A stretch of 64,000 bases of DNA from an uncultured delta proteobacterium. Lineage in GTDB: Bacteria > Desulfobacterota > Binatia > Binatales > Binataceae. A program made the translations under genes and the position numbers. Location of the stretch: positions 384,001 to 448,000 of the forward strand of contig CAVXXK010000001.1 of assembly GCA_963765675.1 (NCBI GenBank). The letters run 5' to 3'. Shown one piece after another: positions 42,313-52,145 of this stretch. Below the pieces are notes generated by a model. The model saw only the letters and a program-made list of their open reading frames with translations. It was not told where the DNA came from and searched no databases. Each line of letters opens with the position of its first letter. Position 1 is the stretch's first letter.

Positions 42313-42975
42313 TCAATGCGCCGCCGGCTGACGCACGCTCCTGATCAGCTGCTCCGTGATCTCGTTGGCAATCCAGTCAAGCTTCCACTTCCCGCCCTCC
42401 CGATACCAGTTGGTAACGGTATTGGCGGCGCGCAGGATTACGAAGGTCATCAGTTTCGGGTCGCCCCGCGCGAACACTCCCTGCTTCATTCCGCTGCGCA
42501 GGACCCCTATGAACATCTGCTCGATTTGGCGTGACAGGGTTCGAACGCGCTTCAGACTCGCCGGGCTGAGCGATACCGGGTTACCCATCTCCGGTTCGTA
42601 GCGTTCTTCCCGATGAGAGAATCTGGTGATCAGGCAGGATATGGATTTCCGCAGTACCAGTTCCGGATCGTCACCGCCTGCGCGCGCGATAGCGTCCAAT
42701 TGTCCGATGATCCGGCTCATTGCGTCGACACGGATCTCCGTGAAGATTTCCTCCTTGCTACGGAAGTAATGATAGATGTGTCCCTTGGCCAGGCCGCACT
42801 CGCTGGCAATCTGATCCATGTTGGTTCCGTCATAGCCGCCATGCGCGAAGGCGCGCGCGGCGCCGGTCAGGATTTCTTGGCGGCGCTCTTCCGCTTTGGC
42901 GACATTGCGAACACGATGCCCGCGGACCCCGACTTCGCCGCGAGCGGTGGCGATCAAGTTGCGTTTCGAGGCCAT
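42313..42975 (-). CDS. TetR family regulator
   Basis: RQEILTGAARAF...IASECGLAKGHIYHYFRSKEEI HTH; C-terminal WYREGG. Confidence 0.88.
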   Translation of the reverse strand: MASKRNLIATARGEVGVRGHRVRNVAKAEERRQEILTGAARAFAHGGYDGTNMDQIASECGLAKGHIYHYFRSKEEIFTEIRVDAMSRIIGQLDAIARAGGDDPELVLRKSISCLITRFSHREERYEPEMGNPVSLSPASLKRVRTLSRQIEQMFIGVLRSGMKQGVFARGDPKLMTFVILRAANTVTNWYREGGKWKLDWIANEITEQLIRSVRQPAAH

Positions 42976-43003
42976 CGCTCTCTCCGGGTTCCTCATACTT
43001 GAC

Positions 43004-43033
43004 TCGAACGTCTATTTTAGAATATTCGTTCTA
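43004..43033. promoter_or_regulatory. Candidate tandem TetR operators
   Basis: TAGAATATTCGTTCTA and the weaker TCGAACGTCTATTTTA in the divergent intergenic region. Confidence 0.45.
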
Positions 43034-43127
43034 CCAATTGCGAGGTCCTGAAACCATTTTGAGGCACGCGAAAGAGACCCTGTTCCACCGCGCGAGCAAT
43101 TATGCGCATTGAGCCACCGAGATCACA

Positions 43128-45044
43128 ATGTCAGATGAAATCGTAGTTAAGGGCGGAAGCATCAGAAGAAGGACATTTCTCAAGACGATCGGAATGGCGG
43201 CGCTCCTGCCGATATTGCCGCGCAGCCTCTGGGCGGCTGCGACCACACCGAAGCGGATCAGGTGCCGTCCTACCGATGCGTCGTGGCCGTCGAAGTCGGC
43301 GTGGAAGCAGCTCAACGACGCGGTGGGCGGCAACCTGGCTCCGGTGGACTTTCCGCTCTCGGTACTCAAATCCGACACGGACGGTGCTGCCGCCAAGGAG
43401 CTTCTCGCGAACCTCAAGAATCCTTACTACATGCGCGAGCAGGCTGGGCTGACGCAGAGCCTCGGATGGATCGACGCATGGAAGACCAGCCCTAGCGTCT
43501 ACGCGGTCGCGGCCCGAAATGCGCAGGACATCGCGGCGGCCGTCAACTTTGCTCGCAACCACAACTTGCGTCTGGTGATCAAAGGCGGCGGCCATAGCTT
43601 CCAGGGCACCTCCGATGCGCCCGATTCGCTCCTTATCTGGACGCGCAACATGCACGACATCGAGATGCATGACGCATTCGTGCCACAAGGATGCGAGCAT
43701 ACGATGAAGCCGCAACCGGCGGTGACGGTCGGCGCCGGAACGATCGGGATTCAGGCGTACGAGGCGGTGACCACCAAGAGCGGCCGATACGTTCAGGGCG
43801 GCGGATGCCTCACTGTTGGCCTTGCGGGTCTGGTTCAAAGCGGAGGATTCGGGAGTTGCTCAAAGCACTATGGAACCGCCGCGGGAGGCCTGCTCGAAGC
43901 CGAGGTAGTGACCGCCGACGGCCAAATCCGAATTGCCAATGCGTGTACCAATCCCGATCTCTTCTGGGCGCTCAAGGGCGGGGGTGGCGGCACCTTTGCG
44001 GTCGTCAGCAAGATGACGTTGCGCACGCACGATCTCCCCGACTTCTTCGGCGTCGCCACCTTCAAGGTCAAGGCTGCGTCGGACGATGCATACAGGCGAT
44101 TGCTAGGTGAGTTCGTAAGCTTCTACAAAGAGCATCTTTTCAACGACCACTGGGGAGAGACGGTTCACCTGAAACCCGACAACACGCTTGAGGTCAGCAT
44201 GCTCTCGCATGGGTTGGATGGCGAGCAGGTGAAAAAGACCTGGCAACCGTTTATGGATTGGGTGGCGCAGTCGTCCAATGGATGCTCGATTCAGGGGCGA
44301 GCCAATCTAGGGAGCATCCCGGCGCGACATTACTGGGATCCGCAATGGTGGAACGAGCATTGGCCCGAGATCGTTTTTCCTCGAAATGGCAGCTTACTAC
44401 GCGCGGTGCTTGACGATGTCCTCGTACGGGCTATGGGGCAGCCTTCCCTGAATTTCGATCCGCGGCCCGGCGCGCAGGCGAATAACGCGTGGTGGAAGGG
44501 AGACACCATCGATTGCGGTGCCTTCTGGTGGGGATTCGAGTCGCTATGGCTGCCGGACTCGCTACTCGAGACAGACGCCCAAGTTCGTCTGGCAGACGCG
44601 CTATTTGCAAGTTCGCGGATCTTCGATGTCCAACTGGCGTTCAACAAGGGGCTCGCCGGAGCTCCACCCGACGCGATCGCCGGAGCAAAGGACACTGCGA
44701 TGAATCCGGCGGTTCTGACCGCCTTCGCACTGGTGATCGTTGCTGGCCTGCAAGGACCCGCTTATCCGGGAATCCCCGGTCATGAGCCGTCGGTCGCCGA
44801 AGGCCGGAAAGCTGCGGCGCGGATCGATCAATGTGTGAATCAACTGCGCGCCGTGGCCGGCGATAACGGAGCCTACGTCAGCGAGAGCAACTACTTCCAG
44901 CGGGATTGGCAGCAAGCGTACTGGGGCAGCAATTACGCGCGCCTTGCCCAGATTAAACAGAAATACGATCCGGAGGGGCTGTTTTTCGTCCATAACGGAG
45001 TTGGTTCGGAACAGTGGAGCACGGACGGCTTCACTAAGCTGTGA
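43128..45044 (+). CDS. Tat-exported FAD-binding oxidoreductase (BBE/VAO family), copy B, with amidohydrolase-like first 12 residues
   Basis: Same motifs as copy A; begins MSDEIVVKGGSI, then RRRTFLK. Confidence 0.9.
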   Translation: MSDEIVVKGGSIRRRTFLKTIGMAALLPILPRSLWAAATTPKRIRCRPTDASWPSKSAWKQLNDAVGGNLAPVDFPLSVLKSDTDGAAAKELLANLKNPYYMREQAGLTQSLGWIDAWKTSPSVYAVAARNAQDIAAAVNFARNHNLRLVIKGGGHSFQGTSDAPDSLLIWTRNMHDIEMHDAFVPQGCEHTMKPQPAVTVGAGTIGIQAYEAVTTKSGRYVQGGGCLTVGLAGLVQSGGFGSCSKHYGTAAGGLLEAEVVTADGQIRIANACTNPDLFWALKGGGGGTFAVVSKMTLRTHDLPDFFGVATFKVKAASDDAYRRLLGEFVSFYKEHLFNDHWGETVHLKPDNTLEVSMLSHGLDGEQVKKTWQPFMDWVAQSSNGCSIQGRANLGSIPARHYWDPQWWNEHWPEIVFPRNGSLLRAVLDDVLVRAMGQPSLNFDPRPGAQANNAWWKGDTIDCGAFWWGFESLWLPDSLLETDAQVRLADALFASSRIFDVQLAFNKGLAGAPPDAIAGAKDTAMNPAVLTAFALVIVAGLQGPAYPGIPGHEPSVAEGRKAAARIDQCVNQLRAVAGDNGAYVSESNYFQRDWQQAYWGSNYARLAQIKQKYDPEGLFFVHNGVGSEQWSTDGFTKL

Positions 45045-45219
45045 TTTCGACGCGGATACCTCTGCTCCACCGGCACACTATACGCGCCATTACCGTCCGA
45101 ATAATCGGCCGGGTTCACGCTTTCCGCATCTGTGGCTCGATCCAGCGCGCCGGTACTCGACGCTCGACTGGTTTGACCGGCAGTTCGCGGTGGTCGCCGG
45201 CTCGATGGGTTCCCAATGA
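45045..45219 (+). pseudogene. Remnant of the C-terminal domain of an FAD-dependent (PheA/TfdB-type) monooxygenase
   Basis: YRPNNRPGSRFPHLWLD...STLDWFDRQFAVVAG matches the PGxRxPHxWL...STLD signature; no start codon or N-terminal domain. Confidence 0.65.
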
Positions 45220-45603
45220 ATCGAAGCCGGCGGGCGCGTTTCCGCAAAGATCAACCTGCCGCTCGCTCTTCACACGCTTCCCACGGCGAATCCCGGCGAC
45301 GGATTCCTCATCGGGTTGCGCGGCACCGGGCCGGTGCGTCCTGACGGACACGTCGGATGGCGGATGCCATGGCGCCGCACTGCTGCGCTGAAAGACCAGG
45401 CTCCCCGCTTGTCTAACGATCGTTCGTGTTTTGTTTTCTTTTGAGCCACTAAGAAATTTACCAAACGAACCCACCGAAAATTGCCGAGATCGAAAATTCG
45501 AAGGCATCCGCGTGTCCAGATTCGCGCCAGACGAGTACAGAACGCTCTCCCGCACCACTGCGATTTCTTGATAGGGTTCTCGAACACTGCGGAGGTTTGC
45601 GCC

Positions 45604-46677
45604 ATGGCCGACACCAAATCCAATCTCGACTGGAACGTCATCAAGTCTTTCTCCAAGCAGGTCTCGATCGATATCGGAGCCGCGATGCTCGGCGCGATGA
45701 GCTATATCGGCGACCGGCTCGGCATTTTTAAAACTCTCGCGGATTCCGGCGCGGTCACCTCGGCGGAACTCGCGGCCAAAAGTGGCCTCAACGAACGCTA
45801 CCTGCGCGAATGGCTGGGCGCGATGACCGCGGCCGGATACGTGAGCTACGATCCGGCCACCCGGCGCTACGCGATGTCGCCGGAGCATGCGATGGTTCTG
45901 GCGCGTGAAGATTCGCCCTTCTTCAGCGGTGGATTTATCCAGGGAATTATCGCCAACCTCTCCGTCACGCCGAAAGTGATGGAGGCATTCAAGACCGGCA
46001 AAGGCGTCGCGCAGAGCGAGTATCCGCCCGAGACCTTCGAATCGATGGAGCGAGCGTCGGGCGCGATGTATCGGCATCAGCTCGTCCGCAAATGGCTGCC
46101 GACGATGCCGCAAATCGGCGCCGCGCTCGAGGCGGGAGGCTCGGCGGCCGACGTAGGATGCGGCAGCGGGCGCGCGGTGATCGCACTCGCACAGGCGTTT
46201 CCCGCCGCCAAGATTTTCGGCTTCGACGCGCATCCGGGCTCGCTCGAACGCGCGCGCGCGAACGCTCGCGCCGCAGGCCTCGGCGAGCGCATCACGTTCG
46301 AGGTCCGCGACTGCACCAGGCTTCCGACCGCCGCGTTCGATTTCATCTCGACCTTCGACGTGGTGCATGACTCGATCGATCCGCTTGGACTGCTGCGCTC
46401 GATTCGCGCCGCGCTCAAGCCCGGCGGCACCTACTTGATGCTCGAGGTCAACGTGTCATCGCGCGTCGAGGACAATATCAATCCGATGGGCCGGCTGATG
46501 TACTCGATGTCCACGCTGTACTGCATGAGCGTGTCGCTCGGCGGCGGCGGCGCGGGAATCGGCGCCTGCATGGGCGAGGAAAAGGCCCGCGAGCTAACCC
46601 GCGAGGCAGGCTTCACCCAATTCCGCCGCCTGCCGATCGAGGATCCATTTTCGGCGCTCTACGAGCTTCGCGCGTAG
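45604..46677 (+). CDS. Class I SAM-dependent methyltransferase with N-terminal wHTH (Rv2258c-like)
   Basis: GDRLGIF, ERYLREWL, DVGCGSG, FDVVHD and STLYCM motifs. Confidence 0.87.
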   Translation: MADTKSNLDWNVIKSFSKQVSIDIGAAMLGAMSYIGDRLGIFKTLADSGAVTSAELAAKSGLNERYLREWLGAMTAAGYVSYDPATRRYAMSPEHAMVLAREDSPFFSGGFIQGIIANLSVTPKVMEAFKTGKGVAQSEYPPETFESMERASGAMYRHQLVRKWLPTMPQIGAALEAGGSAADVGCGSGRAVIALAQAFPAAKIFGFDAHPGSLERARANARAAGLGERITFEVRDCTRLPTAAFDFISTFDVVHDSIDPLGLLRSIRAALKPGGTYLMLEVNVSSRVEDNINPMGRLMYSMSTLYCMSVSLGGGGAGIGACMGEEKARELTREAGFTQFRRLPIEDPFSALYELRA

Positions 46678-46719
46678 TCACTACGATTTCGCGAAGATCG
46701 CAACCATCAGCGCCACGCG

Positions 46720-48544
46720 CTATCGCAGACGATTGCGCAGCGCGTTCGTCAGCGTGGGCAGGATCGCGGTCCAGTCGGCGACCAGTCCGATGTTCGCGCG
46801 CTCGAAGATTGCCGCCTCGGGGTCGTTGTTGATCGCGACCACGCATCCGGCGCGCTTTATGCCGACCGTGTGATTCGGCTGACCGCGAAGGCCGATCGCG
46901 AAATACAGACGCGGATCGATCGACTTGCCCGTAAGACCCACCTGCAACTGCCGCGGCACCCATCCCGCGTCAGTCACGCGCCGCGTGGCGCAGAGCGAGC
47001 CGTGCAGCACGCGCACCAACGCGGTCGCCTGCGCGACTCCGTCGGGTCCGCCAATTCCGGTCCCGACGCCAACCACCACCTCCGCGCCTTCAAGCGGCTC
47101 GATCGAGGGATCGAGCAGCGAGTGCGACGCAATCAGGCGGATGAGGGCCGGCGCGATCTCCGGCTGAACCACTTCGACCGGCGCGCGCTTTTCCGCTTGC
47201 GGCTCCGCCAGCTCGAGCACGCCCGAGCGCACCGTCGCCATTTGCGGATAGGTCTTCGATAGAATCGGTGCGACCACATTGCCGCCGAACGCCGGCTTGA
47301 GCGCCACCATCCTGTCGTCCGCGTCGATCTCGATTCCGATCGCGTCACCAGTCAGCCCAAGGCCGAGCCTTGCGGCCAAACGCGGACCCCAATCGCGTCC
47401 GCACTCGCTGGCGGACAGCAGCAATCCCCACGGCGAGCGCTCTCGCACGAGCTGCGCGACAGCCTCGGCCAGGAGCGCAGGCGAATAACCGTCGAGCCCG
47501 GCGTTGCCGAGCACCAGAACGCGATCGGCGCCGTAGCTCGCGACGATCGCCGCGTGCTTGGCGAATGACGCCGGATACCCGACTGCGATCACGGCGCCGC
47601 CGAGGCGCGGGGCCAGCGCGTCGGCCTCGGAGAGCAATTCGAGCGAGCCGCGCGTCACCCGTTGCTCGAGATCGGTTTCGCAGGCGACCCACAGGTCGCG
47701 GCCGCGCACGCTCGGGCGGATTTTCGCCGAGACCGCGCGGCGCGTGTACTTTCGCGGCTCGAGCGCGCCGAGCGCGTCCAGCTCGTCGATCAACGCGGCC
47801 GCGGCGCGCTCTGGGTCGGACGCATCGATCATCCGGCACTCGGTTTTCGGCGGCGGCTGGACGCGCACCGACTGCACCCAGGTCGGCGAGCCGGCAAAAC
47901 CGAACGCCGCAGGATCGCCGCTCAGCTCGCCCGCCCGCACCGTGAGGATCGGCTTCGACTTCGCTTCGTCCTGCGCGCCCGGCTTCATCCTGATCGGTTG
48001 CGCCACGCGCTCGGCGCAAGTCAGCACCGCCGGCATCCGCGCCTCGACTTCGTCGTAGCCCTCGTCGCTCTCGCGTTCGGCGCGAATCAGTCTTGCCCTC
48101 GATTTCGACTTTGCGCACGCCGGTGATTTGCGCGGCGGCGATCAACTCGGCGATTTCGGGACCGACCTGCCCGGTCTCCGCGTCGAGCGAATATTTTCCG
48201 AGCAGCAGCAGATCGAAACTCTCCCGCGCGAGCCAGGTCGCAAGCGCACGCGCGGTCGCCAACGTGTCCGAGCCGGCGAACGCGCGATCTTCCAGGTGCA
48301 CCGCCCGATCCATCCCCATCGCAAGCGCGTCGATCAGCGCGCCGCGCGCCTGCGGCGGCCCCATCGTGATGACCGTGGTGTCAGCGCCGTGGCGCGCCTT
48401 GAGCTCGACCGCGAGCGCGATCGCGCGCAGGTCGAAGGCGCTGATGACCGCGGGTCCGTCGCGCTTGATGGTCTTGGTCTCGGCGTCGAAGTTGGCGTCT
48501 TCAATCAGCGGGATCTGCTTGATGCATACGGCGATCTTGAGCAA
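46720..48544 (-). CDS. Fused electron-transfer flavoprotein beta-alpha; +1 indel near 48090
   Basis: EtfB motifs VCIKQ, GSDTLAT and DAETGQVGP continue after the shift into EtfA motifs PAFGG, TVR, ATRRV, QVGLTG and AINNDPEA. Confidence 0.8.
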
Positions 48545-48654
48545 GTGCGATCTCCTTGGCTACCGCTGAAGCTAATCGACGCGTGCGCGCGGATGCAACA
48601 TCGCGCGCGGCGCGACCACTTACGGCGGCCTGCGGGATCGGGTACCTTCGCGGG

Positions 48655-49533
48655 ATGACTGGCGCATCCGCACGCGCGCGCACAACTATGATCGCCGCAA
48701 TATTTTGCGCGATTTTCTGCGCCGCGCCCGCTCTTGCGGCAAGCGCAAGCCGCGCCCAGCGAATCGTCTCGTTGGCGCCGTCGGTGACCGAGACTCTGTT
48801 CGCGCTGGGCGCAGGCGACGAGGTCGTCGGCGTGTCGCAGTACTGCGACTATCCTCCGGCGGCAACGCGACTGCCGCGAGTCGGCTCGTTTCTGACCCCG
48901 AACGTGGAAGCGATCATCGGCCTTCGCCCGACCCTGGTGATCGGACTTGGACTCTCCTCCGACACGCGCGAGCTCGACGTGCTGCGCGCGACCGGATGCG
49001 GCGTGATGATCACCAGCGACGACTCGCTGGCCGAGATCGAGGAGGGCATCGTCGAGGTGGGGGCGAGGATCGATCGTGCACAGGCGGCGCGTGCGATGCA
49101 GTCCTCGATCAACGCCGAGATCGATTCGGTGCGTGCGAAAGTCGCAGGTACGCGGCGACTGCGGGTATTGATGCTGGTCGGGCACGAACCGATCTACGCG
49201 GTCGGCGCGCGAACCTACCTCGACGATCTGCTCACGATTGCCAATTCCGAAAACGTCGCCGATTCTTCCGGCCAGCAATGGCCCGAGTTGAGCATCGAAT
49301 ACATCATAGCGGCGCGTCCCGACGTGATCCTCGACGGACAGATGGGCACCGGCGCCGTGGCTCCGAGCCATTTCTGGGAGCGCTTTCCGATCATTCCGGC
49401 CGTGCGGAATCATCGCGTGTACGGCTATCCGCAAAATCCGGTGCTGCATCCGGGACCGAGAGTCGGCAAATCGCTCGAGCTGATCGCCGCGATGATTCAT
49501 CCGGAGCGGTTCACCGCGGAGGCGGCGCAATGA
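48655..49533 (+). CDS. BtuF/TroA-family periplasmic binding protein (cobalamin or iron chelate)
   Basis: RIVSLAPSVTETLFALG, YCDYP and PGPR motifs. Confidence 0.85.
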   Translation: MTGASARARTTMIAAIFCAIFCAAPALAASASRAQRIVSLAPSVTETLFALGAGDEVVGVSQYCDYPPAATRLPRVGSFLTPNVEAIIGLRPTLVIGLGLSSDTRELDVLRATGCGVMITSDDSLAEIEEGIVEVGARIDRAQAARAMQSSINAEIDSVRAKVAGTRRLRVLMLVGHEPIYAVGARTYLDDLLTIANSENVADSSGQQWPELSIEYIIAARPDVILDGQMGTGAVAPSHFWERFPIIPAVRNHRVYGYPQNPVLHPGPRVGKSLELIAAMIHPERFTAEAAQ

Positions 49534-50561
49534 GCGAGCCGACCCCGTTGGCGCGAGCATACCTGACGCGCGGGCGGATGCTCGCAATCCTGGGCGGGCT
49601 TGGCGCGCTGACCGTGGTGTCGGCGATCGTCGCGACTGCTTTCGGCAGCGTGCATATCAGCCTTGCGCGCGCGCTCGCGGATCCGGCCAGTCCCGACCAC
49701 GTGATCTTCTTCGCGGCGCGGCTGCCGCGCGTAATGATGGGAATCGCGGTGGGCGCTGTTCTCGCCAGTGTCGGAGCGGCTCTGCAAGCGCTCGTGCGCA
49801 ATCCTCTCGCGGAGGGTGGAATTTTGGGGATCTCGGGCGGCGGCGCGCTCGGCGCGATTATCGCGCTGGTATTCCTGTCGCGAATTGGCGGCGGCGAAAC
49901 CATCGTGCCGATATTCGCCTTCGGCGCCGCGCTGTTCTCGACCCTCGCCGTCTATCGAATCGCGCTGGTGGACGGCCAGCTCGAACCGTTCACGCTGCTG
50001 CTGGTCGGCGTGATCTTCAACGCGTTTTGGGGCGCCGCGATCATGCTCGTCAACAGTGTGGTGGACTTTTACTACGCGCACACGATCCTGTTCTGGCTGA
50101 TGGGAAGCCTCGAAGCTCCGACCTGGCGCGAAGTCGGGACCGTCGGCGTGCTCGGCGCCGCGGGTTTCGCCGTGCTGATGTATAAGGCGCGCGATCTGAA
50201 TCTGCTAAGCCTGGGCGACGACGCGGCGGCCGAGCTTGGGGTCGAGGTCAACGCACTGCGGCGCACGATCTTCATCGCGACCTCGGTGATGATCGGCGCG
50301 GCCGTGTCGGTGAGCGGGATCATCTCGTTCGTCGGATTGATCGTGCCGCACGTGCTGCGGCTCGCGTTCGGCTCGGACCATCGGCTGCTCTTGCCGGCGT
50401 CGCTGCTCGGCGGGGCGGCCTTCATGGTAATTGCCGATCTGGCGGCTCGCGTCGTGATCTCGCCGGCGGAGATTCCGGTAGGTGCGATCACCGCGTTATG
50501 CGGCGGTCCGTTTTTTATCTATATGCTGCGGCGTCAGGAGCGCCGTCCGCTTTCACTGTGA
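49530..50561 (+). CDS. FecCD/BtuC-family ABC permease
   Basis: RLPR, RNPLAE..ILGIS.G, LGDDAA.ELGV, FVGLIVPH and EIPVG motifs. Confidence 0.88.
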   Translation: MSEPTPLARAYLTRGRMLAILGGLGALTVVSAIVATAFGSVHISLARALADPASPDHVIFFAARLPRVMMGIAVGAVLASVGAALQALVRNPLAEGGILGISGGGALGAIIALVFLSRIGGGETIVPIFAFGAALFSTLAVYRIALVDGQLEPFTLLLVGVIFNAFWGAAIMLVNSVVDFYYAHTILFWLMGSLEAPTWREVGTVGVLGAAGFAVLMYKARDLNLLSLGDDAAAELGVEVNALRRTIFIATSVMIGAAVSVSGIISFVGLIVPHVLRLAFGSDHRLLLPASLLGGAAFMVIADLAARVVISPAEIPVGAITALCGGPFFIYMLRRQERRPLSL

Positions 50562-51367
50562 ACACTGACGCGACAGGCGCTGTCCGCGCGACGGGTATTC
50601 GCGCCGGTTACGACGCGCACGACGTGCTGCACGGCGTATCGTTCTCGGTCGATCCCGGACGGATCTTCGCGATCGTCGGTCCCAACGGCAGCGGCAAGTC
50701 GACGATCCTGCGCGTGCTCTCGGGCGCGATGCGGCCGCGCGGCGGCGCCGTCGAGATTTGCGGCCGCGCGCTCGAGTCCTACGATCGTCGGGCGCTTGCG
50801 AAAGTCATCGCTTCGGTCGCGCAGGAAAATACCGTTGCGTTTCGATTCACAGTGCTCGAAATCGTGCTGATGGGGCGCGCGCCGCATCTGGGCGCGTTCC
50901 GGTTCGAGAGCGGCGCCGACCTGAAAATCGCACGCGACGCGCTCGAGCGCTTCGATCTGCTCGAGTTCGCGCATCGCCATGTCGAAGAGCTTTCGGGTGG
51001 CGAGCGCAAGCGCGTGTTCCTTGCGCGCGCTCTCGCGCAGGAGCCGCGGGTCGTGATGCTGGACGAGCCGACGGCGTTCCTTGATCTGCGCCACGTCGCT
51101 GGAATCTTCGCACGGTTTCGCGAACTGGCGTCTGAGCGCGGACTGGCGGTAATAGCGACGCTGCACGACCTCAACGCGGCTGCGACCTACGCGGATCGCG
51201 TGATGCTGCTGAAAGATGGCGCGGCAGTGGCGATCGGAACTCCGATCGAGGTATTGACCGAGGACAATCTTACCAAAGTTTACGAAACCGAGGTTTATGT
51301 CGGACGCAATCCGAACACGGGCGCGCTTGCGATTTTTCCGTCCGGCCGTCCGCAGCCGCGCGCCTGA
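50558..51367 (+). CDS. BtuD/FepC-family ABC ATPase
   Basis: GPNGSGKST, LSGGERKR, LDEPT and HDLN motifs. Confidence 0.88.
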   Translation: MNTDATGAVRATGIRAGYDAHDVLHGVSFSVDPGRIFAIVGPNGSGKSTILRVLSGAMRPRGGAVEICGRALESYDRRALAKVIASVAQENTVAFRFTVLEIVLMGRAPHLGAFRFESGADLKIARDALERFDLLEFAHRHVEELSGGERKRVFLARALAQEPRVVMLDEPTAFLDLRHVAGIFARFRELASERGLAVIATLHDLNAAATYADRVMLLKDGAAVAIGTPIEVLTEDNLTKVYETEVYVGRNPNTGALAIFPSGRPQPRA

Positions 51368-51427
51368 TCGCTAGCCATGCGCGTCGCCAGATTGCCCGGC
51401 TGCGCGCGTGCCGGTAAGTTTGAATTG

Positions 51428-52132
51428 ATGAGTGCAAATTCCCGCGAGCCGCGGCATCTGATTTTCGACGCCGACGACACGCTCTGGGACTCGAACATCC
51501 ATTTTCTCGAAGCCTTCGCCCAATTCGCCGCGGCAGCCGCGCGCAGCAATCCGGGAATCGCGGAAAAGTCCGCCGCGGACGCGGTGCGGCGCGCCGAACT
51601 CAAGCTGATCGAGACGCACGGCTATGGGCGGCGTCCGTACGTGCTGGCGCTGCACAACGCAGCCGATCAACTCTCGCCCAACGGCGGCGGAGAGGCACTT
51701 CACGCTGCGATCGAGGAGATCGGAGAGCGTCTCTGCACCCGGGAGTGTCCTCTGTTGCCCGGCGTCGCCGAGACGGTCGCCGCGCTCGCGGGGCGCCATC
51801 GCCTGGTACTCTTCACCAAGGGTCAGCGCGACGAACAGTTGCACAAGCTCGCTCGCTCCGGCCTGGAAAAATATTTCAGCCGGGTCGAGACGCCGCGCGA
51901 AAAGGACGTTGACGCATACCGGCGGCTGATCCTCGACGCGCAGTTGCATCCGGAGCGAGCATGGATGATCGGCAATAGCCCTCGCTCGGACATTAATCCG
52001 TCGGTGCGCGCCGGCCTGCGCGCGGTTTTCATCCCGCATCCGCATACCTGGGAGCTCGAGGACGAGGAGCTTGATATCGACGACCGCATTGTGCGCTTGG
52101 GTAGCTTTCGCGGCCTCCTCGATCTGTTCTAG
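51428..52132 (+). CDS. HAD-family hydrolase
   Basis: FDADDTLW, TKG and GNSPRSDI motifs. Confidence 0.85.
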   Translation: MSANSREPRHLIFDADDTLWDSNIHFLEAFAQFAAAAARSNPGIAEKSAADAVRRAELKLIETHGYGRRPYVLALHNAADQLSPNGGGEALHAAIEEIGERLCTRECPLLPGVAETVAALAGRHRLVLFTKGQRDEQLHKLARSGLEKYFSRVETPREKDVDAYRRLILDAQLHPERAWMIGNSPRSDINPSVRAGLRAVFIPHPHTWELEDEELDIDDRIVRLGSFRGLLDLF

Positions 52133-52145
52133 TATAGCGGTCCTG

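Noticed and set aside
48545-48690. Cobalamin riboswitch upstream of the btuFCD-like genes
   Set aside because: The gap is short and lacks the GGGAA and GCCACUG B12-box motifs.
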